64,000 nt of DNA from Felis catus (taxonomy: Eukaryota). The translations under genes and the position numbers were made by a program. Position 1 is the first letter of the stretch, and every line of letters begins with the position of its first letter. Positions 52,273 through 64,000 of this stretch are shown here, piece by piece. The stretch covers positions 115,136,001 to 115,200,000 of the forward strand of contig NC_058368.1 of assembly GCF_018350175.1 (NCBI RefSeq), written 5' to 3'. A model generated the notes under the pieces. The model was not told the origin of the DNA and ran no database searches. It saw only the letters and a list, made by a program, of their open reading frames with translations.

Positions 52273-54699
52273 ACATTTCTTCATTTTCTGAAAAAATTCC
52301 GTTAAAGACACTGCACAGTACATGGTATAATGTCTATCAGAAAAAGCCTTTTAGATCGGTTCTTACTAGCACCAGGAAAAAGCTTCTTTCTCAGCAGACA
52401 ACCAATATAAATATCGGCAATTTTATTAGATGATAATTATGTAATTCATCATATTTACCTTTTTCTCTTGGCTGCTAGGCCACTCAGAATTACATTTAAT
52501 GTCTAGGTCCTATAACCAAAGTATCCAAGGTGATTATTAGACTTGTTTTCTGCAACCTTATGATCACAGGGTTTAAATTGATTTTAATTTATATTTAAGC
52601 AGTCTTCTATATACATCCTTTTACTAAAAGCCACTTAAAGTCCTTTTAATTAGCAAGCAGCCTAATAAAAAATTTATCACACTATGAGCACAGCATTAAC
52701 CACTGTTATCACAATATGGTATCTATGATAGTTGACTTGTTGAGTTCCTTTCCTAAGATAGGCATTCAGGAGAAGTGAATCGAGTACAACCAGGGAGAAC
52801 AGTGGGAAGGGAGGCATGTAATAGGACACAGCATCCTTCAGGGAAACAGTGGGGGTAAGGGAATACCCTCTCAAAAACAAGTAGATTTGCACTGCAATGT
52901 AAATTCTACAAAGGGAAAATATTACTTTTTTTACAGGTAGGTAAACGGAGATAAAGAGCTCAGTAACTTGTCCTAGTCCTTGGTTCTCTCCACTATATGA
53001 CACTGTTGCGCCATGAGCCACTGCTGTTAATACAGTCTTTATTACATTAATACATGCAGATGGCTACAAGGACTACAGAAGACAACTACAGATGGGGAGA
53101 AAGGCCACACCTGCTAAAAAATGACATCAGCTAAAGCCATTCTCATTGCAGCCTAGTAATTATGTACACAGTAAGTCTTAAGGTTTCTAACCTTTAAGGG
53201 TATAAGGGGGAAGGGGACAGACAAGAGGAAACTAGCAGTTACCAATTACCTCTTAGTGCTAGGCACTAGAATAGGTGTCATACATACATTATTCCATTTT
53301 CACAACAATCCTATGAGATAGTTATTTCCATTTTCTAGATGAGAATACTCTGGTTCTACAAAAAGCCCAAGTCGACAAATATTTACCCAACATCAAATTA
53401 TCAGGCATCTAGGATCCTGCAACCAACAATGGTTCCTGCCTAGAGTAGCATTCAAGCCAGCAGCAGAACTGGGTCTCCAAACCAGGTCTGCCTAACCTGA
53501 AAAGCAGTTCCTGGTCCACCACCGGACACTACCTCTCCCTGTCTCTGAGTCATTCTGAGGATGTGCTGAGCCTGACAGCACTTCAGGAACAACCAAATCC
53601 TAACTGCCAACACCTCTGCTGTCTACGCCCAAGAAAACAGATTGACACCAAATAGAAAAGTCTCTCACCATGTGCTACAAGTCCTTTGATACAAAGACCA
53701 GAGCCTGTGATCTGGGGCCTGAAAACACCTGCAAAGCAGACACCATCAATAGAGGGAATGGTGGGCTGATAGAATAATGGATTCCCTAAGGGCTGGACAG
53801 CTCAGCCCCTCTAGCCAAAAACTCTTCCATCATTTCCTCCTGCCATTCTTGGCAGGCACTAATCCACACTTCAATTACTTTATGTCTTGATGGATTGCTG
53901 AATTGAATTTATCTAATGCTAGGTAAGGGCCTAGGTTGCTATGTGGGAATAGATTCCTCTAGGGATCAGTAAGAACACAGATCAGATTTCCAATCATATC
54001 TTTATCAATCATAATCATTAGAATCCTACTCAGGAAGCTGGTAATGAATTAAAGGCCAATCGATCAACCTCATGAGGCATATAGCTCTTGCTGTCGAAAC
54101 AACAGGGCCTTCAGTCCCTCCTAAACCACAAGAGCAGATACCAGGATACCAGAGATGCCGGGGGCATGGCATCCCAGCTCAGCCAACACTGTTGGAGCAG
54201 CTACCGAGCTACCAAGCACAGTCACCAGACCAGGCCTACAGGGGCTCAAGGATGCAAATGCTCAACCATCTGAGCCCCCCAGGTGCCCTACAACCATTGT
54301 ATTTTAAAAGTCAAACATTACAGGAACACATAATCAGCCTATAATCTCTTTAATTGTCACTTTTCTTTAAGACTAATTACTAACAGAGCACAATTTTTCA
54401 ATTTTTCTAGATCTACATTCACATACATTTAATACTAACAATTTTTTCAAGAATGGAATCACACCATACATTTGTCATATGACATGTTTTCTATCATCTA
54501 GCAGTACATTTTCAATATTATTCTATGTACATCTACCTAATTTCTCAACAGTGTCACAGTATTCCACTGCAATGGATATAAATCAGTACGATTTTAACAG
54601 ATAGAAATTATGTAGGCTAGGGGGCAAGGGAGCAGAGAAAGAAAGAAGTGGAAAAGAAGCTATATAAACATAACCAGAACCAACATAAACAGGGTCAAA

Positions 54700-55450
54700 A
54701 AAGAAGCAAAGTCCAGAACACAATTAGAGAAACGGAAGTAGTCCCATGGCTAGAAAATAAGGGGAGTGCGGAAAGAATCATTGCAGGAGATAACAAGGCA
54801 AGAGAGAGGTTGTGGCACCTCACAACCCATGTTGACAAGTGGGACCTTAACTGTCTAAGCAATGGGGAAGCATTTCTTTGGGGAAAATATGTTACAAGAA
54901 GAACAGAGGCTAATATGTAGACGATGCACCTAGAGGCAGATACAACTGGAGATGGAAAACTGTGCAAGGAGCCATAGCTTAGGAAGAAATCATGCAGGGG
55001 GAACAGGAGGGAGCACTGAGAATGGAAACAAAGTGATGAGACAAGGCAGAGCAAGGCAACTATTAAGAATGAGCTGTTGGGGACAGCATGGGGGTGAGGG
55101 TGGGCGGAAGGGACAAGATGCCCAAGTTTCAAGGTAAGGTAAATGGGAGGATGTATGTCATCACGATTAAATAGGAAGAAGATTGAGTTTTGAAGGGAAT
55201 GATTATGAGTTTGGTTTAAAAGAGAGCATAGCACCAATGAGACAGGTAGATCTGTATCAGACAGCTGAAAATATGAGACGGAAGCCCATGGGGTGAGGCT
55301 GAGGCTGGAAATACAGGCTTAAGAGTCATGTGCATGGCAATGAGGGCTGAAGCCAGAAATCTCTGAGGCAGAAAACAAAGAGAGAAGATGCAATATTTAC
55401 AACAGCTTTGAAAAGCGGCTACATCTCAAAAGTAGGAGGGAGACAAAGAG
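54700..55450 (-). mobile_element. L2 fragment
   Basis: aagatgcccaagtttc, atgagtttggtttaaa, gggctgaagcc purine-rich antisense L2 motifs. Confidence 0.55.
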
Positions 55451-56719
55451 TCAGGAAAGAGGTAAGAATGGACTCTAGTGAAATAACAGATGTAGAGACA
55501 ATTTGCCAAATTTAACTTCTACAGAAATGAGTTACTAAAATAATAAATTATTATATTTATAGGCTTCTTTCCTTCCCCCTTCACCCAGCTGCAACCTCAC
55601 TCTCAGGGCTAGCAACCTGACTGCAAAAGCAGTGGTACCCCACTACTCTAACTTGCACCCCACTGCCCCTTCTTCATTCCTAATCCAACATCTTGCTCAG
55701 TCCTACCTCTTTCCCCATATGACAAAAAGGTGAGGGAATCAAGGGGAATGGCAATAAACGGTGTCTTATAAATGACAGGTGCCATGAGGTCCATGCTATG
55801 TGGGAAAGAGTGAAGCCACAAGGACACTGAGAGACTCTGAGAACCAGGATGGGGCTGATGGGCCACAGGCCTGAGGTGAAACAACAGCTTACGGGAACAA
55901 GGGGTCAATCAATGGACTACAGTGGGGGGCAATCATATTGTTTTAAGTTCTGGGAGAGAAAAGTCAGAGTTGGTGGGGCTGTGAGCTACAGGAGGAAGCT
56001 GTGAGAAGTAGGGGAGGGCCACATAGCTCTCCAACAATGGGGAGGGGAGAAACCTATTCAGGGAAAACGTTCCCAGACCAACCCCTCTCTGTGTCCCAAG
56101 GCTACATGTGGCCAGTATCCAGCCACCCATCCACTTCCAGGCACCCACTCTCTCTTCTCACCATCCAGCTGAGGTACTTCGCACCCATGTCTACCATACT
56201 CAGAAACCTCCCCACCCCAACCCTGGACCACAGGGTTGCCTCTGCTGCAGGCTCTATTCTTCACCCTCTCTTTCCATGTTGAGCTATTATTAAGCTTGTC
56301 AAGCTGCTACCTCTGGAGCACAGACTCCTCTGAAAAGATGACACAGAATTCTGACCCTCTGCTTCCTTCCTGCTGCTGCTCTGCTCACAATGGTTCTTTC
56401 ATTCAACTCGTTTAGCAAACATTTGCTGACTGCTGACTAGGTGCACTTTCCTTTTTATCATTTCTCTGACAAAGAATAGTGAAGTCAAAAACATCATGAA
56501 ACATTTTCAAAATCCAAACCACTCCTGGTCAGTTGATTGACTGAGAACAAAGACTTTCTAATAAGCAAGATTTCACTCCCCATGGGAACAAATGCCTATG
56601 TTCTCAAATGGCAGGGCTCAGCTCATTCTACCTGAGAAGCAGAGTATAACTTCTGGTGCCAACTCTACCAGCGTACCTGGCTCCTATTCATATGCTCAGT
56701 ATGTAAGAACAATTTCTGG

Positions 56720-57205
56720 GGCAATGACTGCAAGGGTTGTCCTGAAAAAGTTTGCTCTCCACATGCCTCAGCTCCAAGCTGTTCCAGCTGGAAGCCCAGC
56801 TAGACCATCTATTCCATGGCAGGTATGCCAAAAATCGACTCTTCAAGGAAAAACTTGCTTCACTCACAAGGAAACCTGCAGTGTCACCTCTGTCAGGGTA
56901 GGTTTCATCTGCAAAGAGCTGCTGTGGTCAAGTTCATGATCTTCTGAGACAGCCTGTAACGAATGACTGAACCAGGTATGGCTATGAAAACCTAACATTT
57001 TTGCCGAATATAAGACCATCTGAAGGACTATACTCACTCCATAACTCACTGCTGGGATGGCCATTGCTTCACTGGGCTTGCATCATAGTTTGACTTCTTC
57101 CTCCATCCAATCCTGCTTCCCCTGCTTTTCTTTCACAAGCGTTGGAATAAATATACTGCGCCCCGGCCTATATCTCAATGTCTGCTTCAGGAGAGCCCAA
57201 CCAGA
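56720..57205 (+). mobile_element. ERVL LTR (LTR16-like); 5' boundary uncertain
   Basis: 3' end ccaatcctgcttccc...aataaa...atctcaatgtctgcttcaggagagcccaacc. Confidence 0.55.
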
Positions 57206-57714
57206 AACTTTTAAACTTGTGAAGGTGTATGCATTGTGGGTCCTATTTGTGGTAGGACCCCAAGTTCCGGTATGGTTAGAACACAGTCTTGGGAAGAAGG
57301 TAGCAGAAAAAAGTAAATATTCCCTCTGTGACTGTGCAACATTCAGAAGACTTTCCCAAAAGGCCTTTTGTGAACTGAAATAGTGGGCAAAGATTAAAAG
57401 TATCTAGTACCACCCACCAATCATAACAACGTTTCTCTAGTTAGTGCATCTTACCCCTCCACTCAGTCACAAGTTCAGATCATCTACCCTCCCTGGAACC
57501 TCTGACTCCCATCTCTCAGTGAAGGCCTGGCCTTCTACACCATAGAATGGATAAAAGCTATCACCTGGGGTCTCCCCAACTTCCCATTTCCAAATGAATG
57601 GCGCTCACCTCTTAAAGAACCTTACCTCTTACCCACCTTGTCTCCTGGATCTTCCCACTATCTCTGTGTACTAGAGTCTTTCCAAAAGCATTTATACACA
57701 GTCTCCAGTTTCTT

Positions 57715-57784
57715 CAACATGGAAGAACTTTGAAAACATTATGCTAAGTGGAAGAAAAACAGACACAAAAGTCTGTTTATATAA

Positions 57785-57834
<50 letters not shown>

Positions 57835-58065
57835 TTTTAAGACATACCCAGAATAGGTAAATCCATAAAGACAGAAAGGAGGTTTGTGACTGCCAAGAGC
57901 TAGAAAGAGGGGATAATGAAGAGTAACTTCTTAATGGTAATGGGGTTTCCCTTTGGGGTGATGAAAATGTTTTGGAACTAGGTAGAGGTAGTGACTACAA
58001 ATGTACTAAATGCCACTAAAGTGCTCACTTTAAAATTGTTAACTTTATATTACGTGAATTTTAAA
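57715..58065 (+). mobile_element. L1MB-type 3' end containing (TA)n at about 57787-57832
   Basis: tgaaaacattatgctaagtg...ggggtgatgaaaatgttttggaactag. Confidence 0.8.
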
Positions 58066-58341
58066 GAGACATAAAGAAAAAGTTCCCTACACTCCTTCTA
58101 GGTACTACTTTTCCTTATTTCTCTTCTCTTATACTGAGAAAATTTTCAAAGGTTATCTACACTTGAATATATCTCCTCACCTCCCATTCACTCCAAAGCC
58201 CACTCCACACTATTCCCACCAAGTGATAACCACTGATGCTTCTTATTCCTATCATGAGATTTTATGGCAGCACCTAACACAAGAGATCAGTAACTCAGCC
58301 CGAATGTATTCTGCCTTGACTTCTCTGAAACTGCAAACTTC

Positions 58342-58878
58342 TTTTTTTTTTTAATATGAAATTTATTGTCAAACTGGATTCCATACAACACCCAGTGCTC
58401 ATCCCAATAGGTGCCTTCCTCAATGCCCATCACCCACTTTCCCCTCCCTCCCACCCCCCATCAACCCTCAGTTTATTCTCAGTTTTTAAGAGTCTCTTAT
58501 CGTTTGGCTCCCTCCCTTATTTTTTTCCTTCCCCTCTCCCATGGTCTTCTGTTAAGTTTCTCAGGATCCACATAAGATGAAAACATACGGTATCTGTCTT
58601 TCTCTGTATGACTTATTTCACTTAGCATAACACTCTCCAGTTCCATCCACGTTGCTACAAAAGGCCATATGTCATTCTTTCTCATTGCCAAGTAGTTTTC
58701 CATTGTGTATATAAACCACAATTTCTTTATCCATTCATCAGTTGATGGACATTTAGGCTCTTTCCATAATTTGGCTCTTGTTGAAAGTGCTGCTATAAAC
58801 ATTGGGGTATAAGTGCCCCTATGCATGAGCATTCCTGTATCCTTGGGTAAATTCCTAGCAGTGCTATTGCTGGGTCAG
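58342..58878 (-). mobile_element. Young 5'-truncated felid L1 (ORF2 C-terminus plus 3' UTR plus poly-A)
   Basis: ORF 58497-58832 encodes TPMFIAALSTRAKLWKEPKCPSTDEWIKKLWFIYTMENY; poly-T at 58342; TSD gcaaa(c/t)ttct. Confidence 0.93.
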
Positions 58879-59249
58879 CAAATTTCTAATTACCTACTAC
58901 CTCTACAGTCTCTCCTTCCCCAGGTTCCTTTGCCAGCTAACTTTCTTCTACCTACCTTTAAGAGTTAAAATTTCTCAGGAATGAGGGCTTATCTCTCTTA
59001 TGAGCTATCTCTGTCTCTCTCTCTCTCTCACAACACACATGTGCTCACACAAAGAAATAAACTTGAAGGATGTACTATGTAATAAAATACATTGCAAAGT
59101 CTATATAATTAAAAAGGTTTGGTAACTGGCACATGAATAGACTGAATTAGCAATGTACAGGAAAGAAAATTTTAAAAGAGACCCAACTGCATATGAAAAT
59201 CTAGTGCATAATAAGAGCGGCATCTCCAATCAGTGGGGAAAGGAAAGAC

Positions 59250-59294
<45 letters not shown>

Positions 59295-59502
59295 TTATTT
59301 TTTTTTTTTTTACATTTATTTCTTTTTGAGAGACAGCATGAGCAGGGGAGGGGCAGAGAGAGAGGGAGACACAGAATCAGAAGCAGGCCCAGGCTCCAAG
59401 CTGTCAGCAGAGAGCCTGATGCAGAGCTTGAACCCATGAACCGTGAGATCATGACCTGAGCTGAAGTCGGATGCTTAACTGACTGAGCCACCCAGGAGCC
59501 CC
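59250..59502 (-). mobile_element. CanSINE with (TTTA)n tail
   Basis: Reverse SINE; flanks aaggaaagactt / aaggtagactt. Confidence 0.92.
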
Positions 59503-59535
59503 AAGGTAGACTTTTTAATAAATACCACTGGAATA

Positions 59536-59760
59536 GGGGCGCCTGGGTGGCTCAGTCGGTTGAGCGTCCGACTTCAGCTCAGGTCACGATCTCACGGTCC
59601 GTGAGTTCGAGCCCCACGTCGGGCTCTGGGCTGATGGCTCAAAGCCTGGAGCCTGCTTCCGATTCTGTGTCTCCCTCTCTCTCTCTCTGCCCCTCCCCCG
59701 TTCATGCTCTGTCTCTCTCTGTCTCAAAAATAAATAAACGTTAAAAAAAATTTTTTTTTT
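59536..59760 (+). mobile_element. Young CanSINE
   Basis: Perfect TSD taaataccactggaata; CpG-rich. Confidence 0.95.
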
Positions 59761-60499
59761 AAATACCACTGGAATAATTTAAGAGACATATGAAAAAAGA
59801 TAAAATGAACTCCATTCCTTATGGCTGTATGTCAGGATAAATTGCAAACAAATTATATTTAAATGTAAAAACTGAAACTATACAAATTCCAAAGGAAAAT
59901 ATAGATGAATTCCTCTACAACCTGCGAATAGAGAATAAGTCTTCTATTTATGATTCAAAATCCGGAAACAATAACAAAAATATTAATAAATTTGATGATG
60001 AAAAATAGTAGTAAGTTTATAAAAATTTTAGATGCATGGAAAATATTACAAGTAAAAAGACAAATGACAAAAGGGGAAATGTGCAACAATTTAGACCAAG
60101 TATTAATATTACTAATCCATAAAGAGCTTTTAAAAATAAAGAAGAAAAAGACCAGTAACCCTGTAGAAAAAAGGACTGCAAATGTGAACAGACAGTTCGC
60201 ACAAGAATAAATACAATTCCACTTAACTATATAAAAAAAGATGTTCAGTTTTGTTCAGAATACAAGAAAGGTCAAACAGAACTGCAGTAGGAAACCATTT
60301 CTCACCTATCAGATTAGCAAATACATATCTACAAGTGAGACTATAGGGAAAGGGGCAGTTGCATATAATGCTTATGGAAATGCAAAATGGTACAACCCCT
60401 ACGGAAGAAATTTGACATCTAGTAAAATTATAACTGCATTTACCCTTTGACCAGAAATAGGACTTGAAGGAATTGTTTCCAAAGACACATTAGCAACAA

Positions 60500-60692
60500 C
60501 CTGAATGATCTTGGAAGCAGATTCTTCCTCAGAGCCACCACAAAGGGACACAGCCTGGCTGACACTCTGATAGAAGCCTACGAGACCCTCAGCAGAAGAC
60601 TCAGCTAACTAGCACAAAGACTTCTGACCTACATACACTGTGAGCTAAGCCACTACACCACTAAGTTTGTGGTAATTTATTCCACAGCTATC
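60500..60692 (+). mobile_element. MaLR (MLT1) LTR 3' fragment
   Basis: ggaagcagattcttcctcagagcc...gacttctgacctaca...ctaagtttgtggtaattt. Confidence 0.7.
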
Positions 60693-62593
60693 ATTTGTAA
60701 TATGGCCCTGAAGATGTGAGAAAGGGTTCACATCAAGCAAGACCCAGAGACGAGAATAAATCAGTTGTAGGAGACCCTAAGCCATCCAATTTGGCTGGAG
60801 CAGCAGTCAGGCAGAGCTAGGGGCTTGGAACAGTGAAGGTTCTCTAGGCCAGCTTTCCTTGCCTGACCATCCAATGACAGTGGGGCAGTGATAGGTGAGG
60901 AAGAAAGTAAAGGAGGGGAAGCCCCAGGCAGGCAGCACAGCTGGTGAGGAGCATACGATGGCTCAGACTTCAGCTTTACACTCAAAAATCTTTAAGTACT
61001 TTGGTTTCTTTTTTTCTTTCCTTGTTTCTTCTTCCTCACCCCGCCCCCCCACCCCACCCCACCCTTCTTTCCTGGACACTCAGACTTTCAACTGGATGGC
61101 CTTAAAAAAGAAAAAAAAATTTTTTAACAAAAATGTAGACTATTATTTGGTACAAATTTCTCCTTTGTAAGTTTTCCTTTTATATAAATCTATTTCTGCA
61201 GATAATTGAACCCAACTGTGATATCTGAATAGTTTTAAGAAAGTACATTCTGCTCTACTTGCAAAGGGAATGGAACCTTGGCCTCTTCCTTAAGACGAGC
61301 AAAATGGAGGGGGTTACAAAATGCCCTGCTTATTTGTCTCCAAAAGGAATCTTGCCCCAGGCCCAGGTCCAATTCCTGTGCCCAGGAGGGAGCAGGCCTT
61401 TGTTCAGAGAGCACCACAGGTGTGTCTGCATAGCACCAAAAACAAAGCAAAAATGTTCCATCTTTGCGCTCAGGATAAGGAACCTGCCAACAACAGGAGA
61501 TGGAGAGTGCTGGATACAAGGGAAGTATCTTTTATCTAATAGTTTTGTTGTTCCTGACAACTTTGTTCAGGCCTCAAATCAGTGTGACCCCATTCTTTGC
61601 TAAGTATGTTCCATGGAGGCTTTAAAATATATTATGAGATAAATCAAGTTCCAACACAGGAAAAAAACAGATGCTATTGAACAGACACTGCCTGCAATCC
61701 TCCACCCATCATTCGGACCCATCTCTCTTCCAACATTTCCCCATTTCTTGTGCCTGAAAACATTCCACCAACATAATTCTCCATCCAACGTCACCTCCAT
61801 CAAAGTATGAGAGGAATCTGCAGGACCCTTCTGGCACAGGCACTGAGTGTGAAAGAAACCAATCCTTCTCCACTGTGATCAGTGCAGGTCCTTAAAAGTC
61901 TCTTTACACCCCTTGCTCACTGCATTGCTATCATCCACACATTTTTCTAAGGTACTTCTGAATCCATATTAACCATGTATTTACTACTGACCATGTGAGG
62001 GAGGTTTTCTTCAGTCTGTCCTAGATTTAGTTCCCTTGAAGCCAAGCATCGTTGTCAGGTTGTAGTGACCAGGATTTGTTGAAGCAGTCCACATTCCAAC
62101 TATCTTCACCCTTCAAGCTCCAGTGCTTGGCAAAGAGCAGCTCACTACAAATGCAGGATTAAATTAACTTTTCTTGACTAACTTTACTTTTCTAGATCAA
62201 AGAGTCCCATGTTCACGGTCCTCACATCCAGACATACATCTTATTTGTCATGCTAAACCAGCCAGTCCTGGATCACAAGTTTAAACATGAGAGGAAGGGG
62301 TGAATGGAAAGGGTGTCTCTCATAAACTGGCCCTCACCTTCAGGAGGAACAATTTCTGCAGAAAAGTAGTTACTGATGACATTTACTTGTCCTTCCTGCT
62401 GGTGGGTAAACACAATGGAAACACACAATCCACTTCTGACATGACTCTCATTTCTATGTGAGCTAAAGTAAAAAAACAAGCAAACAATAAGGGGTCATTT
62501 CCCCCACTGGAATAGCAAACCACTATATTTCTCAAAAGAGAAAGGAAGGCCCAAAGACAAAATCTTCATGCTGCTTAAGGACAACAGGGTGAT

Positions 62594-62805
62594 AGGGCTG
62601 CCTGGGTGGCTCAATCAGTTAAGCATACAACTCTTGATATGGGCTCAGACTGTTGTTGTCTCACAGTCATGAGATCGAGCCCCACGCTGAGATCTGCACT
62701 GAGCATGGAGCCTGCTTGGGATTCTCTTTCTTCCTCTCTTTCTCTCTCTCTCTCTGGCCCTTACCCACCCCACTCCCCATCTCAAAATAAACTTCTTTTA
62801 AAAAA
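62594..62805 (+). mobile_element. CanSINE
   Basis: Near-identical TSD aaggacaacagggtgat / aaggacacaagggtgat. Confidence 0.9.
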
Positions 62806-62825
62806 GGACACAAGGGTGATGTAGA

Positions 62826-63110
62826 AGAATTCATTCTTTCAGTCATTACCAAATATTTATTGAACACCTGCTATGAGCTAAGTACAGTGCCGACCCTTGA
62901 AGATCCAGATGTGAGCAAGACTGAGATCAAAATCCCTATTCTTTCAGAGTAGACATGGTAGCATGGAAAAAAATAACATGAGTAAAACATATGCTATGAG
63001 ACAGTAAGTACTAAGGAGCAAAATAATGCAGGGAAAAGGATTTGACAGATCTAGGAGGGAAAAAAACTTTTTTCAGATGGTGGCCAGGGAAGGGCTTTTT
63101 GAGAAGGTCC
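62826..63110 (-). mobile_element. L2 3' end
   Basis: attcattctttcagtcattaccaaatatttattgaacacctgctatg. Confidence 0.72.
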
Positions 63111-63130
63111 CATCCTTCTTTTTTGGAGTA

Positions 63131-63355
63131 ATTTTTTTAAAAAAAAAATTTTTTTAAGTTTATTTGAGAGACAGCGAGCGAGCGCATGAGCTGGGTAGTG
63201 GCAGAGAGAGAGGGAGACACAGAATCTAAAACAGTCTCTAGGGTTCCGAGCTGTCAGCACAGAGCCTGACGCGGGGCTCAAACTCACGGACCGCAAGATC
63301 ATGACCTGAGCTGAAGTTGGATGATGCTTAACTGACTTAGCCACCAACGTACCCC
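63131..63355 (-). mobile_element. CanSINE
   Basis: Reverse SINE body. Confidence 0.9.
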
Positions 63356-63359
63356 TTGA

Positions 63360-64000
<641 letters not shown>

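Larger units (their letters stand above)
59070..60490 (+). mobile_element. Old L1ME-like ORF2 3' remnant, interrupted by two SINEs
   Basis: Degenerate ORF2 motifs (ggtaactggcacatgaatagac; aaatgtgaacagacagttc; ctcacctatcagattagcaaa). Confidence 0.65.

Noticed and set aside
54695..55237. Longest ORF in the track (180 aa, minus strand)
   Set aside because: Overlaps a decayed L2-like region, low-complexity Leu/Ser composition, no recognisable domain.

Overview
Mammalian genomic DNA, almost certainly from a felid: it carries about 33 carnivore tRNA-derived CanSINEs, and several match the cat SINEC_Fc type. The window lies inside the SIL1 gene (ER nucleotide-exchange factor for BiP/HSPA5) on the minus strand. 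Three internal coding exons are readable with canonical AG/GT splice sites and a continuous frame: 22335-22455, 16052-16151 and 4260-4451, probably exons 4, 5 and 6 by human numbering recalled from memory. Everything from 22456 to 64000 is one large intron. The rest is intronic repeat sequence: a near full-length decayed Tigger1, hAT MER58/MER3 elements, old and young L1s, L2/MIR, MaLR/ERV solo LTRs and microsatellites. The supplied ORF track is essentially all spurious or repeat-derived and misses the real exon frames. I found no evidence for a novel multi-gene system. The interesting signals are small-scale retrotransposition and repair footprints, a tightly spaced inverted SINE pair, and a few candidate regulatory motifs. 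Repeat family names come from recalled consensus sequences, and repeat boundaries are approximate.
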